A DNA stretch of 64,000 nt from the human T2T-CHM13v2.0 reference genome, Homo sapiens. Shown here in pieces: positions 27,601-41,170 of the stretch; the first letter of the stretch is position 1; each line of letters begins with the position of its first letter. The notes beneath the pieces were generated by a model. It was given only the letters and a program-made list of their open reading frames with translations, was not told where the DNA came from and searched no databases. The stretch is taken from assembly GCF_009914755.1 (NCBI RefSeq), contig NC_060933.1; one strand, 5' to 3'. Both the position numbers and the translations under genes were made by a program.

Positions 27601-27669
27601 CTTCATTTCAACCTTGGTGAATCTGACGATTATGTGTCTTGGGGTTGCTCTTCTTGAGGAGCGTCTTTG
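24630..27669 (-). mobile_element. L1PA7-like, 5'-truncated within ORF1, with an internal ORF2 deletion
   Basis: Perfect 14-bp TSD aaatttatcttatt (24616-24629 / 27670-27683); ORF1 (GKPIRLTVDLSAETLQARREW), endonuclease and C-terminal ORF2 peptides. Confidence 0.95.
24978..26273 (-). pseudogene. L1 ORF2p C-terminal remnant (431-aa open frame, Cys-rich domain); non-functional
   Basis: [50 protein letters not shown]; frameshifted upstream and lacking the RT core. Confidence 0.9.
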
Positions 27670-28329
27670 AAATTTATCTTATTATTCTGGAGATCAGAAG
27701 TTAAAAATGCATCTCACCGAGGCTAAAATAAAAGTGTTGGCAAGGCTACATTCTTTCTGGATGGTTAAGAGATATTCAAGTTTTCTTGTCTTTTCCAGCT
27801 GCTTGGATTCCTTGGCTTGTGGCCTCTTCCATTTTCAAGGCCAGCAATGGAATCATTATGCTATCTCTGTGGTTCTGATTCTTCTTCTTCCCTCTTCCTT
27901 ATTTAAAGAACCTTGTGATTACATTGGGTCTGGGATAGTCAAGGATAACCTGCTTCAAAGTCCATCTGCAGCCTTAACTCCCCTCTTGCTGTGTAACATA
28001 ACGTATTCATAAGTTCTGGTGATTAGGATGAGGACATCTTTTGGTATTCTGCCTACCACAGGCATCAATAACAATAGTTCCCTGAAGGTCTTAAACTTTT
28101 CTGATTGCAAAACCGATTCCCATATATTGACTTGTTTGATGCTTATTCATCCCCATGTGCTAACAAAGTCAGCTGTTATTAGATCCACTTTAGAATCCAA
28201 AGTGCAGAAAGAACATGTAACCTCCCTTAGGGTAAAAGGTTACTAAGTGATGGAGTTAGGAAAAGAACCCAGGTGTTTTATTGCTGTCCCAGTGATTTTT
28301 CATAAGCATTTAAACAGCTATGAATCCAC

Positions 28330-28640
28330 CTAATGTCTTATGATCTGACATTTCCCATGTCGGTCACAAGAACATCATGAACGGTATCGTCAGATACACT
28401 TTCTCTCTGTCACTCTTCTGGTCTGCAGGTCAAGTAACTTATCAAAAAGGGAAATAAACTTTAATTTTTCAACATGCCCTTAGGGAATTCATGTTACCTC
28501 CTTGTGACAGCAGCTTTCTCTTTTTTACTTTTTGAAGAATATAAAAACAACTAAAAAGCCAGTCTTGGATGTTTTTAGAGCTTGACAACTAACCTATTGG
28601 CTGTCGATTCTGCAATGCACCTTTTATGCATTTGGATGAT
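28330..28640 (-). mobile_element. L3/CR1 LINE fragment
   Basis: gtaacttatcaaaaagggaaat...ttagggaattcatgttacctcc resembles the reverse CR1 RT region. Confidence 0.5.
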
Positions 28641-29727
28641 ATTCTCTTCAGAATTCCTCAACCCACCTAGAAGCTGAATCCTCCTTACCATTGTGTGATG
28701 GAGGTGAGATGTAACTGTTTCAGGAGGCTTAAAATCACCAAGTTTCAAATCTATTGTCTATCTCTAAAAATGCCATCTCTCCTCTCCTTCAGTTTCTTCT
28801 CCGTGTCACTATTTTTCACTTGCTAACTCGTTGATACCAATTTTAATTCTCTTCTGCCTCTTGAAAAACTCCCCCTTACTGGCTTCCTTTCTGTATGATT
28901 TCTTCCAACCTATCCTGGAAACCTTCAGCCTATTTAATAAGCTCCTCCATGGAGACACATACTTAAAGTGCTTTCTTTTCTCATCAAGCGAAGAGACCAG
29001 ATTGCATTCACAGCAAGCAAAATTGTGTGCTCGAGAGCCCCAGGTAGGAAGACACAAACAGCTGCAGCTGCTGCAACAATATTATTGTTTTGCATATTGA
29101 GGACACTGGGCTAGGTAGGTTGTATTATCCCCATTTTGTAGTGTTTTCTACTTTTGGCCACCACCCCTTTCCAAACTCCTTTGTTTTTCTCAGTAATCTG
29201 GTTCAGCTTCTCCAGAGGAGGAATCGGTCTTTTGAGTCTCTCTTTTCAATTTCCCTCTTTCCCCTGCTGCCCCTAAATGTGAGCACCTCCCAGGGCCCTA
29301 CCGTCTTCTTTTTGTGTGGTCCTTCTCCAAGATCTTGTCTCTTCTCATGATTTCAAATATATCCCATGTGCAGATAATTCACCATATATATATCTCTCAG
29401 TCTAACCTTTCTCCTTTGAGCTTGTCCTGAACATCTTACTCTCTGAAACTTTCCACTCTTGACTGGATCTTAATGTACTTAAGATGGAAAATTTTACCAG
29501 CCTAGGATTATTTCTCCTGAATTGAATGTTTCAAAATTTCATCAGAGCTACCCATTTAACATCTCTGTTTCTCCTTTTTCCTCTCTACCTGTAATAATTT
29601 CTCCCCAAATATTATAGTGATTACTTCTTCCTTTACTGACATAGTGCCTGCTCCATTTGATCATTTCCCCTGCTATCATCCTAGCTCAAAAACTTATTAT
29701 ATGCTGCATGATTGCAATAATCTAACT

Positions 29728-29900
29728 CAGTGATTCTCAACCCTGGTTGCACATTAGAATCACCTGGGGGAGCTTTAAAAACATATCTGGTCCCCACCTC
29801 AGAGATTCTGATTAAATTGGGCACAGATGGGACCCTGACACTGGCATTTTTTTAAACTCCCCAGGTGATTCTAATATGCAGCTAGGCTTGAGAACCACTC
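29728..29900 (+). mobile_element. MER5A (hAT-Charlie), near complete
   Basis: TIRs cagtgattctcaa...ttgagaaccact; ttagaatcacctgg / ccaggtgattctaa. Confidence 0.9.
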
Positions 29901-30319
29901 AGCAAACCTTCCATTTATCCTCATCTTTAATCCCTTTTGCCTATTAGAATATGACTCTAAAGGATTTCTTCTTCATACACTCACCCATTTAAAACCTTTA
30001 GTTCATTAACACCTCTATGATAATTTTCAAACTCATTAGCTTAGCTTCCTGCACTCTGAGTAAGTGACCCCAACTCACCCTACTAGCATGAATGGATGAG
30101 CCACTCTATCTCATCTCCCGAATCTGCCTTGCTATTTCCCACCTTTGTGCATTGTTGACTGTCTTTCCCCATACCCATTTCTGCCTACTGAGAATATGTT
30201 CAGCATTTCTATGTCCAACCCAATGCCTTTCTCTATTCAGCAACCTGACCCCACCCTTCCCTAAAATCCAATTCCTTTGCAGTTTGCAATGGACTCCAAG
30301 CACTTTTCACATAGCCTGT

Positions 30320-30560
30320 TGGTTGAAGGATCAGGCTTTTGCATTAGAAGCAACAGGTTCAAATCCTAGCTTCTTTGCTTCTTGCTATGTGACTTTGGGG
30401 TATCCTGGAATTTCTCTGATCTTTGTTTCTACAGCTGTTAAATGAGTGTGATAGTAGTCCCCACCTCCTAAAGTTGCCTAAGGAGTAGATTAAGTAAAAT
30501 CATATATGGAAAATGTCTAGCACATAAGAGGTGCTAGATAAATGTTAGCTACTTTGTTAT
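30320..30560 (+). mobile_element. MIR SINE
   Basis: ggttcaaatcctagct...gctatgtgactttggg...ataaatgttagcta. Confidence 0.7.
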
Positions 30561-31486
30561 TTTTGTTATTTTTTTTTGTAAACATGTACCTCTAGCCCCA
30601 AATAGATTGTACTACATTGAAGTATAAGACAGTGTTACAAAACCTCTTATCTTCACGACGTCTAGTGCTGTTCCTTGAACATAGTAAGCGCTCCACATAC
30701 TCTCTTAATGAGTAACTTGATAAATCCAAATATATCAAATGAAATTCAAGTGACTGTGACCTCTAGCCTGCCTGTATTGCCCTTTGGTGGTAAATGGACT
30801 TAATAGAAAACTTTGATTAAAAGCTTATCTTTTTTTAGCATAGCCTTAGAAAGAGATGAAAATGCGCCTTGAAGCCTTTTAAAATGTTTATGATTTCCTG
30901 GGTCCGGTTCTAATGTCAGTCTTTAAGCGTCTCCAAATCTCCTGAGATTCTGCTAAATGTATTTGGTCCATCCCTCCAAAAATGAATGTTTATATAATCT
31001 TAACAAAAATGGACCAGCAACACAAGGTGAAATTAATTCTTTTGAATCCAATTTTCTTATTTTTATTCATTGGCCAGGACAGCCTTGGTAAGTAGTGCAT
31101 TTCTTGTTTGACTATATCTATGATTAAACTTTGTCTGTGCAGACATATTTCCAAAGGGATTACATGAAGAATACTCAGGGTTTGAATTCAGACATTCCAG
31201 AGATCATCATGCCAACTTCATATTTCATGAGGTTTTAAGTCATAGAGAGGCCAGTTTAAGATATTTCTCTTTTCCTGCTTGTTCTTTTAGGATTTTCTCT
31301 TCTTATGCAATTTTCTCCTAATCCATACTAAAAAAGCTAATTCTGAAAGGTTAATCCGGAATCAATTTGCCTTTTAAGGAAATATACATTATAACAATTG
31401 ACAGAAAAATTCTGCTCAAATGCCAAGAGCAATCGAATCTTATACACACCAACACCCCCAACACACACACACATGCACGCACACAC

Positions 31487-31853
31487 TGTTTTGAATTAAA
31501 CTGTGTCGCCTCAATTCATATGTTAAGGTTCTAACCCCCAGTATGATTGTGTTTGGAGATAGGGTCTTTAAGAAAGTAATTAAGATTAAATGAAGTCAAA
31601 AAGATTGAACTCTAATTTGATAGGACTGGTGTCCTTATCATAAGAGGAAGAGACACCAGAGATCTCTCTTTCTACACATGCCAGGGTAAGGCCCGTGAGA
31701 GGACATAGCGAGACAGGAAGGAGGCCTCACAGAACCACCCCTGACAGCACCTTGATCTTCGACTTCCAGGCTCCAGAACTGTAAGAAAATCAATTTCTGT
31801 TTTTTAGGCTATCCAGTCTGTAGTACTGTGTTATGTCAAGCAGGCTAATATAC
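31487..31853 (+). mobile_element. MLT1A-like solo LTR, flanked by CA-rich tracts
   Basis: aattcatatgttaaggttctaacccccagt...tttggagatagggtcttta...cttgatcttcgacttccag...ctccagaactgtaagaaaat. Confidence 0.85.
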
Positions 31854-32085
31854 ACACTCACACCCACAACCCACCCCACCCCCCTCACCACACACATAAC
31901 AAATGCAAACATTTTAAAACTTTATTTACTGGAAGGAAAATACTGATTTTCTTCTTCTTCCTCTCTATTCCTAGTCAGTCATTACTATTGGTCCTCTCCT
32001 AGCCTTCTTGACTCTCTCTCTATTGCCCTAAGATTTTACCATTGGTCACAGTAAACTTAAGCAATTCCATATGAACTATTTTCTT

Positions 32086-32431
<346 letters not shown>

Positions 32432-32699
32432 CTATCTAAACCCTGGGGAAAGTTCTTCTGAAACACCACATTTTTCTAGACAATTCACTGTCAACCCTAT
32501 AAGTACTGGCTTGTTATCATCCTTGGAGGAATTCTTATATTTTAAAATCTTTCTAAAAACACTAACACTTTCATACCATCTTAAACATTAGATGAAACTT
32601 TTCATTTCTGTCTCTTGTTTGTTCTGGGTTATCATTAAAAAGTGCTGATAATAAAGCTATAGATACATACAGAGGCAGATGTTGGAATTTCAATAATAA

Positions 32700-32915
32700 A
32701 CCCTTATGCAGTACTTACATGTCGGTGAATGTTTTAATCCATTTACATATATTAAGCCATTTCATCCTCAGAACCACAGATATAAAGTAGGTATTGTCCT
32801 AATGTGCAAACAAGGAGACTGAAGCACAGAGAGGTCCTTAGAATTGGCAAAGGAAGAAGTTGGGCTTTAAAATGAGGCTGAGATGGCTATAGAGCCACAG
32901 ACTTAACCACTATTT
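32700..32915 (-). mobile_element. MIR SINE
   Basis: catttcatcctcagaacc...aaggagactgaagcacagagagg...cttaaccacta. Confidence 0.7.
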
Positions 32916-33304
32916 CTTTCCTCTGCTGAAGACTGAGACATGAAGCTTAAAGGGGCCAAACACCTGACGCCCTATTGTCTAGTTTCTTGACAAATTCTTT
33001 GACGTCAGCTCTTTATACCATTGACTCCTTTTCGTAAATATCACATAGTGCTTCTGCAGGAGCATCAGCTTATGTGCAGTGTAATGGAGCCAGGTGTCTG
33101 CAGAAGACATGAGTGTTTCAAAAGCTGGAGCACGTTTCTTCTAGGTGGGGTTCACAGCCTCTGAAATATCATTGTCTTCTGAATTTTGATATGGATTCTC
33201 TGATCTGTGAGAATAATGTAAAGCATTATCTAATGCAGCATCCTGATATGCTGGCTCACACTGGAGTGCTAGAGTGGAGCTATCAGAACTTTAGTGAGGT
33301 CATA

Positions 33305-34372
33305 CTGTCTAGCATCCAGACCGTGGTTTCTAATACCATTCTCCAATAAAAGGAGTTGGGATTCTGTGAAGAAATTGCTAAGTCTAGGACTGGGGCAGGA
33401 CATATATAAGATAAGCCTGAATCATTTTATAGTGTCAGAGTGTAAGAATGTGCTAAAAAGAAAACACACACACACACACACACACACAACTGTGGGGATA
33501 TGCCAAAGAGAACAGGAGCCGATTAAAGAGCTACCAATGGTCAAAGCTGCAAAAATCTGAGCAACAAAACAAATAAAGTAATATTCAATTACAACCCAAA
33601 GTATAAAATAAATATAACAAATAAATAAGAGTCCATATTTATTTATTTAAAATAAATAATTGAATGAATGAAAAAATAAATAGGGGAGTAGAGACATTTG
33701 CTATGCAGAAAAATTTCAAATAAATTATGGAAATATTTCACTCTCCGCTGTTTATGGATTGTGCATAGTGTCTTTCTTTCAAACAGTACTATATAAAAGA
33801 AAGAAAACTTTAAAAAAATAACTTTACAGTGGAGAAAGCTGAAAACTGCCACCTCAGCCAGGCGATCAAGTCAACATGAACAGTGATCAGTCATATAAAT
33901 ATATCTCCCGTGGATGTAATGTGATGAGACTGGCCTCTGGATCTTCTTTCCAAAAGCATATTACCCTATTACCCCATTCTGATAATGACAAAAACAAACA
34001 GATCCTAGTTGAGGGACATTCTACAAAGTCCCTAACCAGTAATCCTCAAAGCTGTGAAGGTCACCAGAAAAAAAAAAAAAAGTCTGAGAAACTGTCACAG
34101 CCAAGAGCCTAAGGAAACATGAAGACTAAATTTAATCCTGGATGAGATCTTGGAACAGAAAATTGACATTATGTAAAAACTCAGAAATTCTGAATAAAGC
34201 ATGGACTTTAGGTAATAATAGTATATCAGTATTGGTTCAATGACAAATGTACCATGTTAATGTAAGATAACAGGGGACACTGGATGTGAGGTACAAATGA
34301 ACTCTCTGTACTATCTTTGCAATAGTTCTATAAATCTAAATCTATTCTAAAATAAAAAAGTTTATTTTAAAA
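33305..34372 (+). mobile_element. Old L1 (L1MD/L1MC-type) 3' end
   Basis: tggtttctaataccattctccaataaaagg...gaactctctgtactatctttgcaa...aaaataaaaaagtttatt. Confidence 0.85.
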
Positions 34373-34869
34373 AATAGTTCCTGCAGTACAGCTACTGCCC
34401 AGGCAATGTTGGCTACAGATGCAGTTGCACGATCACCCACGCTTCAGCTAGCAGCTCCTTGGATTCGGATGTACCAGCCTTTTCACACTCCTCTTATTTA
34501 CCCTCCTGTTGGCATGCTATGACCTGGATATACCCTGCCCTTAAAGTCCCTGGGACCATTGACTCATACTTTGTGTTTTGCTAGCTATTTTGTCCTCAAC
34601 ATGAATGATGTAAGTAGTTATTTAGATCCAATAACATTCATATTTCCTATAAATAACACCTGCATTATTCTTTATTGAGGGCTCTGATATCACAACACCT
34701 TCACTTCTGCTCAAGCAAGATATCACACATGCAAATTCTTATTAATTTTCACTTGTTAATGCATAAAGATTATGTGTAACACATCTTTCACTGGCTATTC
34801 AGCTTGCAGATTCCACATCATTTCCAAGCATTTGAGCTCCAGGATTATTTATTACAAAGCACACATAGG

Positions 34870-35345
34870 TTTCCTCACCTGGGTTACTCCTAGTCCTCCA
34901 AAAGAGATGCCAATTTTGGGTTAAACATACAGAGATTTTATTACCAAAGCGAAAGTAAATAGGGAGAAGTCAGAAAAGGGCTGGAGAGCCATTAGACTGT
35001 GAGGTAAGTCTGACCCCAAGCGAAGGAGAGAAAGAAGAAACTTTGGGTGAAAGTGTCCTAGATCACTATGCAGACTAAGAATGGTTGTGCAAGGCCAATA
35101 GAGACTCCTCAAACCAAGGCTGACCATCAGAAGAGTCTTGTGTCTTTCAGAACAGGCCTGCCTTGGTATTCTTTCTGCACTCAATCATTAACTGGGAGCA
35201 GCAGTAGGAAGCAAGACCTCTGCACACAGCAGCTGGAGTCCCAGAAGTCAGTTATGCTTACTGTAGTTGGAAATTGGAGCGTCTCATTCTCATAGCTACC
35301 ACATAAAGGGAAAGGAGACGCTGTGCAAATGATATTATCTACAAT
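34870..35345 (-). mobile_element. LTR16A/B-like ERVL LTR
   Basis: ggagagccattagactgtgagg...tctgacccc...gaaggagag; caggcctgccttggt...cactcaatcatt..ctgggagcagc. Confidence 0.65.
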
Positions 35346-35971
35346 TTCTACCCAGTTTGTCTTCATGTTTGACTCAGAAGAGGATTTGAGGCACAAACAG
35401 CATGAGATAGTGCATATTTTGTATTGTAGCGAAATTTAAAGTATCTGCAAATTGTATTCCCAGCAAAAACATTCAAATTATGAATGATGTCTTTATTCAT
35501 AGGTAGATTCCAGGCGGTAATAATAGTGGGAAGGTACTATGAGAAAATAACAGTGGGAAGAAGTTAGTAATAACCTTGTTATCCTTGAGTAAGCCCATAC
35601 CTTTTAGGTGCAAACATATGGTAGAACCAGTTTATTTTTACAAAGTGGTCCGGTAGGTCTTAGCTTGTACCCTAAAATCTATGTGTAACATCAATAAAAC
35701 CACTTAGAATGATGACATATGTCACTTCCCAATTACTTTAATTTATAAAAGAATATAATATTTGCACATGTAAGAATGGCCAGCATGTCATTATTCTGCT
35801 TGAAACAAGAGTGACTTTATTTGTTAGCACCTAACTAGGAGTGAAGCAGTCAAGCATCATCTAATTACACCAAGGCAATCTATCAGCACAAAACTGGTCA
35901 GAAACTCATTCATTCTCAAAAATGCATTTCATAAAGCAGAAATTATTAACTGTTTACTAAAATTCTATCTA

Positions 35972-36016
35972 TTAGGTTGGTGTAAATGTAATTGCAGTTT
36001 TTGTCATTACTTTAAA
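35972..36016 (+). mobile_element. MADE1 (Hsmar1-derived MITE), left half only
   Basis: TA + ttaggttggtgtaaatgtaattgcagtttttgtcattacttt matches the MADE1 TIR. Confidence 0.75.
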
Positions 36017-38662
36017 TCTTTTCAGTTTTTGTCTTACTCAGCCTTTAGTTATTATAACTTTTTACTGCTCTGGTTCAGTTTTCAATGCCAGGACTAACCT
36101 TTCAAAAATCAGAAAAGAGATTTGGCCCCTTTGAAAAGCATTGGATCATGAAAAGGAGTGTCCATATAACTTTTTTTTTTCCTGATAACTACTCAGATAA
36201 TGGACAGCATTCTAATTTAGGCATATTCACTAAGAGGTGCAGACCCACAGTTTTCCATGATACCAAATCCACAAAAATGTTTGATAGCTTCTGATCATTG
36301 TTTCTTTGTCCTAATATCATTCAAATCAAATTACTCTATCTTGATTCTGCCAGACTCAGTAATGTGACACAGAGAAGGGTACTCACAAGTTATGAGGTTG
36401 GCAATAGATAATGTATTAACAACAAAAAGTGCATAGGTTATGATTTACTTTTCCAAATACAAAAGCAAATTAGATTCATGATCATTTTTATATAATCCAT
36501 CATTATGCTATCATATTCGAGAGGAGGGACAGCAAACTGCCTTTGCTTACTATTAGTAATAGTAATTTACTAATAGTAAAACTAATAGTAAGAAAGCTTA
36601 CTATTAGCAAATCAAGCACACCCTGATAAGGCAGGGGAATGTTATAAAATCTCTTGCTTTGGGTCCTATCTTCTAATTTATGGAGAGTCTACAATGTAGT
36701 GCATTTTGTCCCTGCTCACCTACTCAGTAGGCATAGATGTTTCACTCTGGATTTTGTGGGCCCACAGCCCCCATTCACATGGCTACCCCTCTCATAATCA
36801 CTATAGCCAAGAGCCCTTCACTTTGCATAGTTCTCTGTTCTCTTCTTGCCATATCCCCACAAACACTCAGATTTTTGTATTCCTTTATTCTCCCCTGCAA
36901 CAAGCATGGATCATCAGACATGTCCTTGTACATACTTTCATTGAAGGTGTGTGTGTATGTGTGTGACAGAGGCTGGGTGGGTAGCAGATCGGATCTTTGT
37001 GTAGAGCAAGCATTCCACATTCTCAACATAGGCCTTCTCTATATTATGCTTAAAGAGTCTCTGAGTCTTACTCAGCCTTGAGTTGCTTTATCAAATGCTG
37101 CCTGTGTTCCTCCTAGCTGTAATAAGTGCTGCCCCACAAGAGGAGAGAATTCTTCCTGCTGTGTTGATACTAACATTACTATTCCGTGCATTCTAACATG
37201 CTTTTTGAAGAAGTAAGAAGGAAGTGGTGGCAGGGCCCCAGAATCATCTATCGTGTATATCACAGAGAGAAAAGTTTCAGAACTCATATTCTAGGTCCCT
37301 ATATTGGGATGCAAATCGTTCCTCCTTACATACAGAGTGGAACTGACCTATGCTTTAAAGGACTCCAGTACTGAGACAGGGCACCTCATTCTTCCTTTGC
37401 GCCGCACAATTCTTTCATCTTCTCTTCATCTCTGGCTCTTTGCTTCTGTACCCACAGAGACCTCATGCACTGCACAATGTCCTCGTCGCTGAATATAATT
37501 TCTGTGCGATATCTGCACTGACTGTAGCCCCTAATGTTGCGTCGGTTTCTCTTGCAGAAGTTGTCTGTTTGCCTTGATCTAATTTTCTACAACTCCTGGG
37601 TTTCACAGTCACCATACTGCAATCAGAGTACTCCTTTTTTTCTGCAGGCAACACCCTCCAATCAGAGCGCCCCTTTGTTCTGCATGGCTGACTGATCCCA
37701 CAACCGTGCCGCTGGATCTCTGTCTTTCCTGGCTTTGTTTTCTGCTGAGAAAGGATTGATTTTCTTGGCCACCCAACATTTTCCTTCAAGCTGCTTCTAT
37801 ATCTGTAACAATTCCAAAAGCTTTGGGGTTATTTTTAATCTCCCTTTCTAGACCTTCCTTTCTGTCTAAAAACTCAGAAATGCTCAAAAGTTCAGATACT
37901 GCAGTTAGGTATAATAATGCTGCCTGAGATGGGAGCTATTAAGTCTTTATTGGCCATTGACGGTTATATCCTTGAGGAGCATGTCGTACTAGCCTGGGCA
38001 AAGAACAGAACACAGAGGAAATCAGACACAGGACAGGATTTTTAGGAGAAATGGGTGGTTGTCAATACTCAAAAAAATTGTTAATTAATGAATAAATAGG
38101 CTGTGGGAAGTGTTTTACAGTCATATGAAATTGACTAAGAATTATAATATCTCTATCAGAAGTTTGCAAGTTACAAAATAGTCATAAGCTCCTTTATTAT
38201 ATAGTGACTGCAAATACAACTCTAAAGATATATAACTACAAGTACCCTTAGTCTAAGAACAAATCATGTTTCAGTACCATTGGCTGATGATTATGTACCT
38301 TGAAGGCTAACAAGATTGTCAAAACAGGCTAAGATATAATTTTAGACAAATTGTGTATTTATTTAGCCATCTGTCTTTGTATCTTCCAGCCTTCATTTTT
38401 CTTACTATCATGGACTTGAGAAATGACCCCTGAGGTCCCTTCAGATTTTAAGATGTTGTGATTCTAGGAAACGTTTTTATCAGGGCTGCCTCACAAGTTG
38501 CAAAGATCATTAGTTACTGAACAAATAGAAGAATGATCTGATCTGAGTATAACCTCTACTCTCTGCCCCAGATCAGCCCTCAATAGATGGGCTGGAGAGT
38601 AGTGAATGGCCAAAAGGAAACCATCAGGAAATAACGGAAAAAAAGCAACCAGACATTCATCA

Positions 38663-39076
<414 letters not shown>

Positions 39077-40019
39077 TCACTGTGCACCTGTGCACCCTCC
39101 ACCCTGTTCTGTCCTACACTGTGAATGGCCTTTTGCGTGTATGTATAGGCATTCTAACTGGAATTTCCAAGCTCTGCCTGCCATCACACCTACGCCCTCT
39201 ACCCACCCCTCTCCTTGGTTACCCCTCATGCCTAGGCTTTTGCATGCCAGCAGCATTGTCTACCCTAAGGAAGAGAAACCTGATGAAGAAAGTGCAGCTA
39301 GCAAGAGGACCTCAAATGCTGAAGCCATGTAGACAGGGAACTCCAAGGTCTCAGGTTCTCACAGTGTAGGCTAAAAGGAGAGGCTAGAACTCTGGTAGGC
39401 ATTTCCTCTTTGCTCCTGGACTCCTTGCCCCAAGGTGAGAAATGTGACTAGAGGAAAGCCAGAGAAGGGCTCTCCAAAACACAAGCCCAGGGTGGGGTCC
39501 TTTCTTGCCCAGGCTTTAGGTTGTGTCAGCTATATTCATACTTGCAATAGAAATGTGGGAATGTAACTGTTCAAACATTGTCCTCCTTACACCATGTATT
39601 CAAAAACATAACAAAGGTGACAAACATCAGGCATCTGAAAAACTCTAATAAAAGATAATGTAGAATTTTCTCACCCTAAAGCTAGAGTAGTGGGAATGGT
39701 TAGCCAACATGAGTAATTATTGCTAAACCATTTATAGATTGACTTGGGAATATCTTTAGATAGCTATATACTGTTACACTGGATTCTAGCTCCATCTGAG
39801 TGTAGAATCACCTTATTTGAAATTAAATTGTATGGTCAAACAATAAAAATCTCCCTTTGGAACAAGAGGGCAATAACCCAAATCTCCATAGTGTGTCCCT
39901 CAGTTTAAATTTCTTGTGGCTTCTAGCTCTTCTCTTTCTGAGAAGGGAGAGGCAAGATTATGTATGAATTCTTCTCTAATGCTATGATTCTCAGATTTAA
40001 ATTTAACTAACAGTCTAGT

Positions 40020-40230
40020 AGCATTTGCTATTTGTGTCATGCCAGACCATTTCATGTACATCTTGTCAATTTAACCATATCTGTGAAATATCGTTAGCCC
40101 CACTTTAAGGTGAGAAAATGAAGATTTGGAAAAGTAAAATGACTTGGTATAGATCTCATGACTGTGAATACACAGGTGATTCTTGAACACAGATCTTTTA
40201 TCTGCAGGTCCAGAGGTCTCCCCACTATAG
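40020..40230 (-). mobile_element. MIR SINE
   Basis: tatttgtgtcatgccagac...gccccactttaaggtgagaaaatgaag. Confidence 0.6.
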
Positions 40231-40839
40231 CAGGGTGGTCTCCTGAGGTCATCCTTGATATCACCGCCTAAAACGGACAGAGTGAGGGCTTTAAGAATGA
40301 GGATTTTATTCATAAATGTATCACCAGTACCTAGAACAGGGCCTGGAACATTGTCAATGGTTCAAAACCATAACTAGTTAAATGAACAAACAAATAGAGG
40401 ACTATCTACCCATCCACTAAATAGAAGTAATGAAATATTTTGACTTAAACACTTTCTTTCTAAATATATCCTTATTTTCTATAACATTCTGGGTGACAAT
40501 CAACACAAATCCTGGCTTTGTGGAATGAGTTCCTCTCCTGCCTTGAGTATCTGTCGTTTAAGTTAATTTTTTTAAAGGACATTTTCTCCCAACATTCCCC
40601 CATCAATATCCATTACATGCTGCTTTTGCCAGTCTTTTTCTGGCTTAACAGTGTCAGGCATTAATGCATCTATCTACAAGGGAAAACACTATTAATCTAA
40701 AAAAATTATAGCATCTCTGCCATGCCATAAATCCAAATTTTATCAAGAATCATCAGCTGCTCTTCTGTTTCTTTCATACCTACTTGAATTTCTTTCATAG
40801 GCTTATAGCTTTGGAATAACTCTTCACGATAATCTAGGC

Positions 40840-41170
40840 CATTTTTCCCCCAAATTGGTACATGTGCTAATCATGGTACTTGAGATGACTTTTAGGTGGT
40901 GTATAAGTAATGAGTACTTCTTTTCTAATAATTATATATTTCCTAATAATTATACTTTTCCCTTTTCATTTTCCTTTAATGAAAACCTGAAATGTTATGA
41001 ATATTATTGTTTAGGTTGTTAGGACCAGGCTATCATAGGAAATACTCATCGCCATGTAAATGATTTATTAACTTAAATATTTAAATATAAATGTTGGATA
41101 AAAATAATATATATGGTTCTTAGATATGGCAAAAACCAGGAAGGGAATGACTAAAGTTTGGAGAATAATT
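40840..41170. mobile_element. hAT-Charlie non-autonomous element, subfamily uncertain
   Basis: Ends atttttcccccaaatt / aaagtttggagaata are degenerate TIRs; internal gatatggcaaaaa...gaatgactaaagtttgg. Confidence 0.45.

Larger units (their letters stand above)
24546..28060 (-). mobile_element. MLT1D-like LTR split by an L1PA (parts 24546-24629 and 27670-28060)
   Basis: ttagtttcctattgcagctg...acacaaatttatctt, continued by ttctggagatcagaag...attctgcctaccaca. Confidence 0.85.
29265..30715 (+). mobile_element. L2 LINE (interrupted by MER5A and MIR)
   Basis: ccatgtgcagataattcacc (YADD region), pyrimidine-rich body, 3' end agtgctgttccttgaacatagtaagcgctc. Confidence 0.65.

Noticed and set aside
30776-30792. 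CTCF-like ACCACCAAAGGGCA on the minus strand
   Set aside because: Mismatch at a near-invariant core G.
37465-37525. TGCACTG/CAGTGCA pairs as a miR-148/130-family hairpin
   Set aside because: Only the seed-like heptamer matches; there is no mature miRNA sequence or long stem.
37463-37789. 108-aa minus-strand ORF and an overlapping ~66-codon Cys/Arg-rich frame
   Set aside because: Non-ATG start or no start, in-frame stops upstream, and no recognised protein family.
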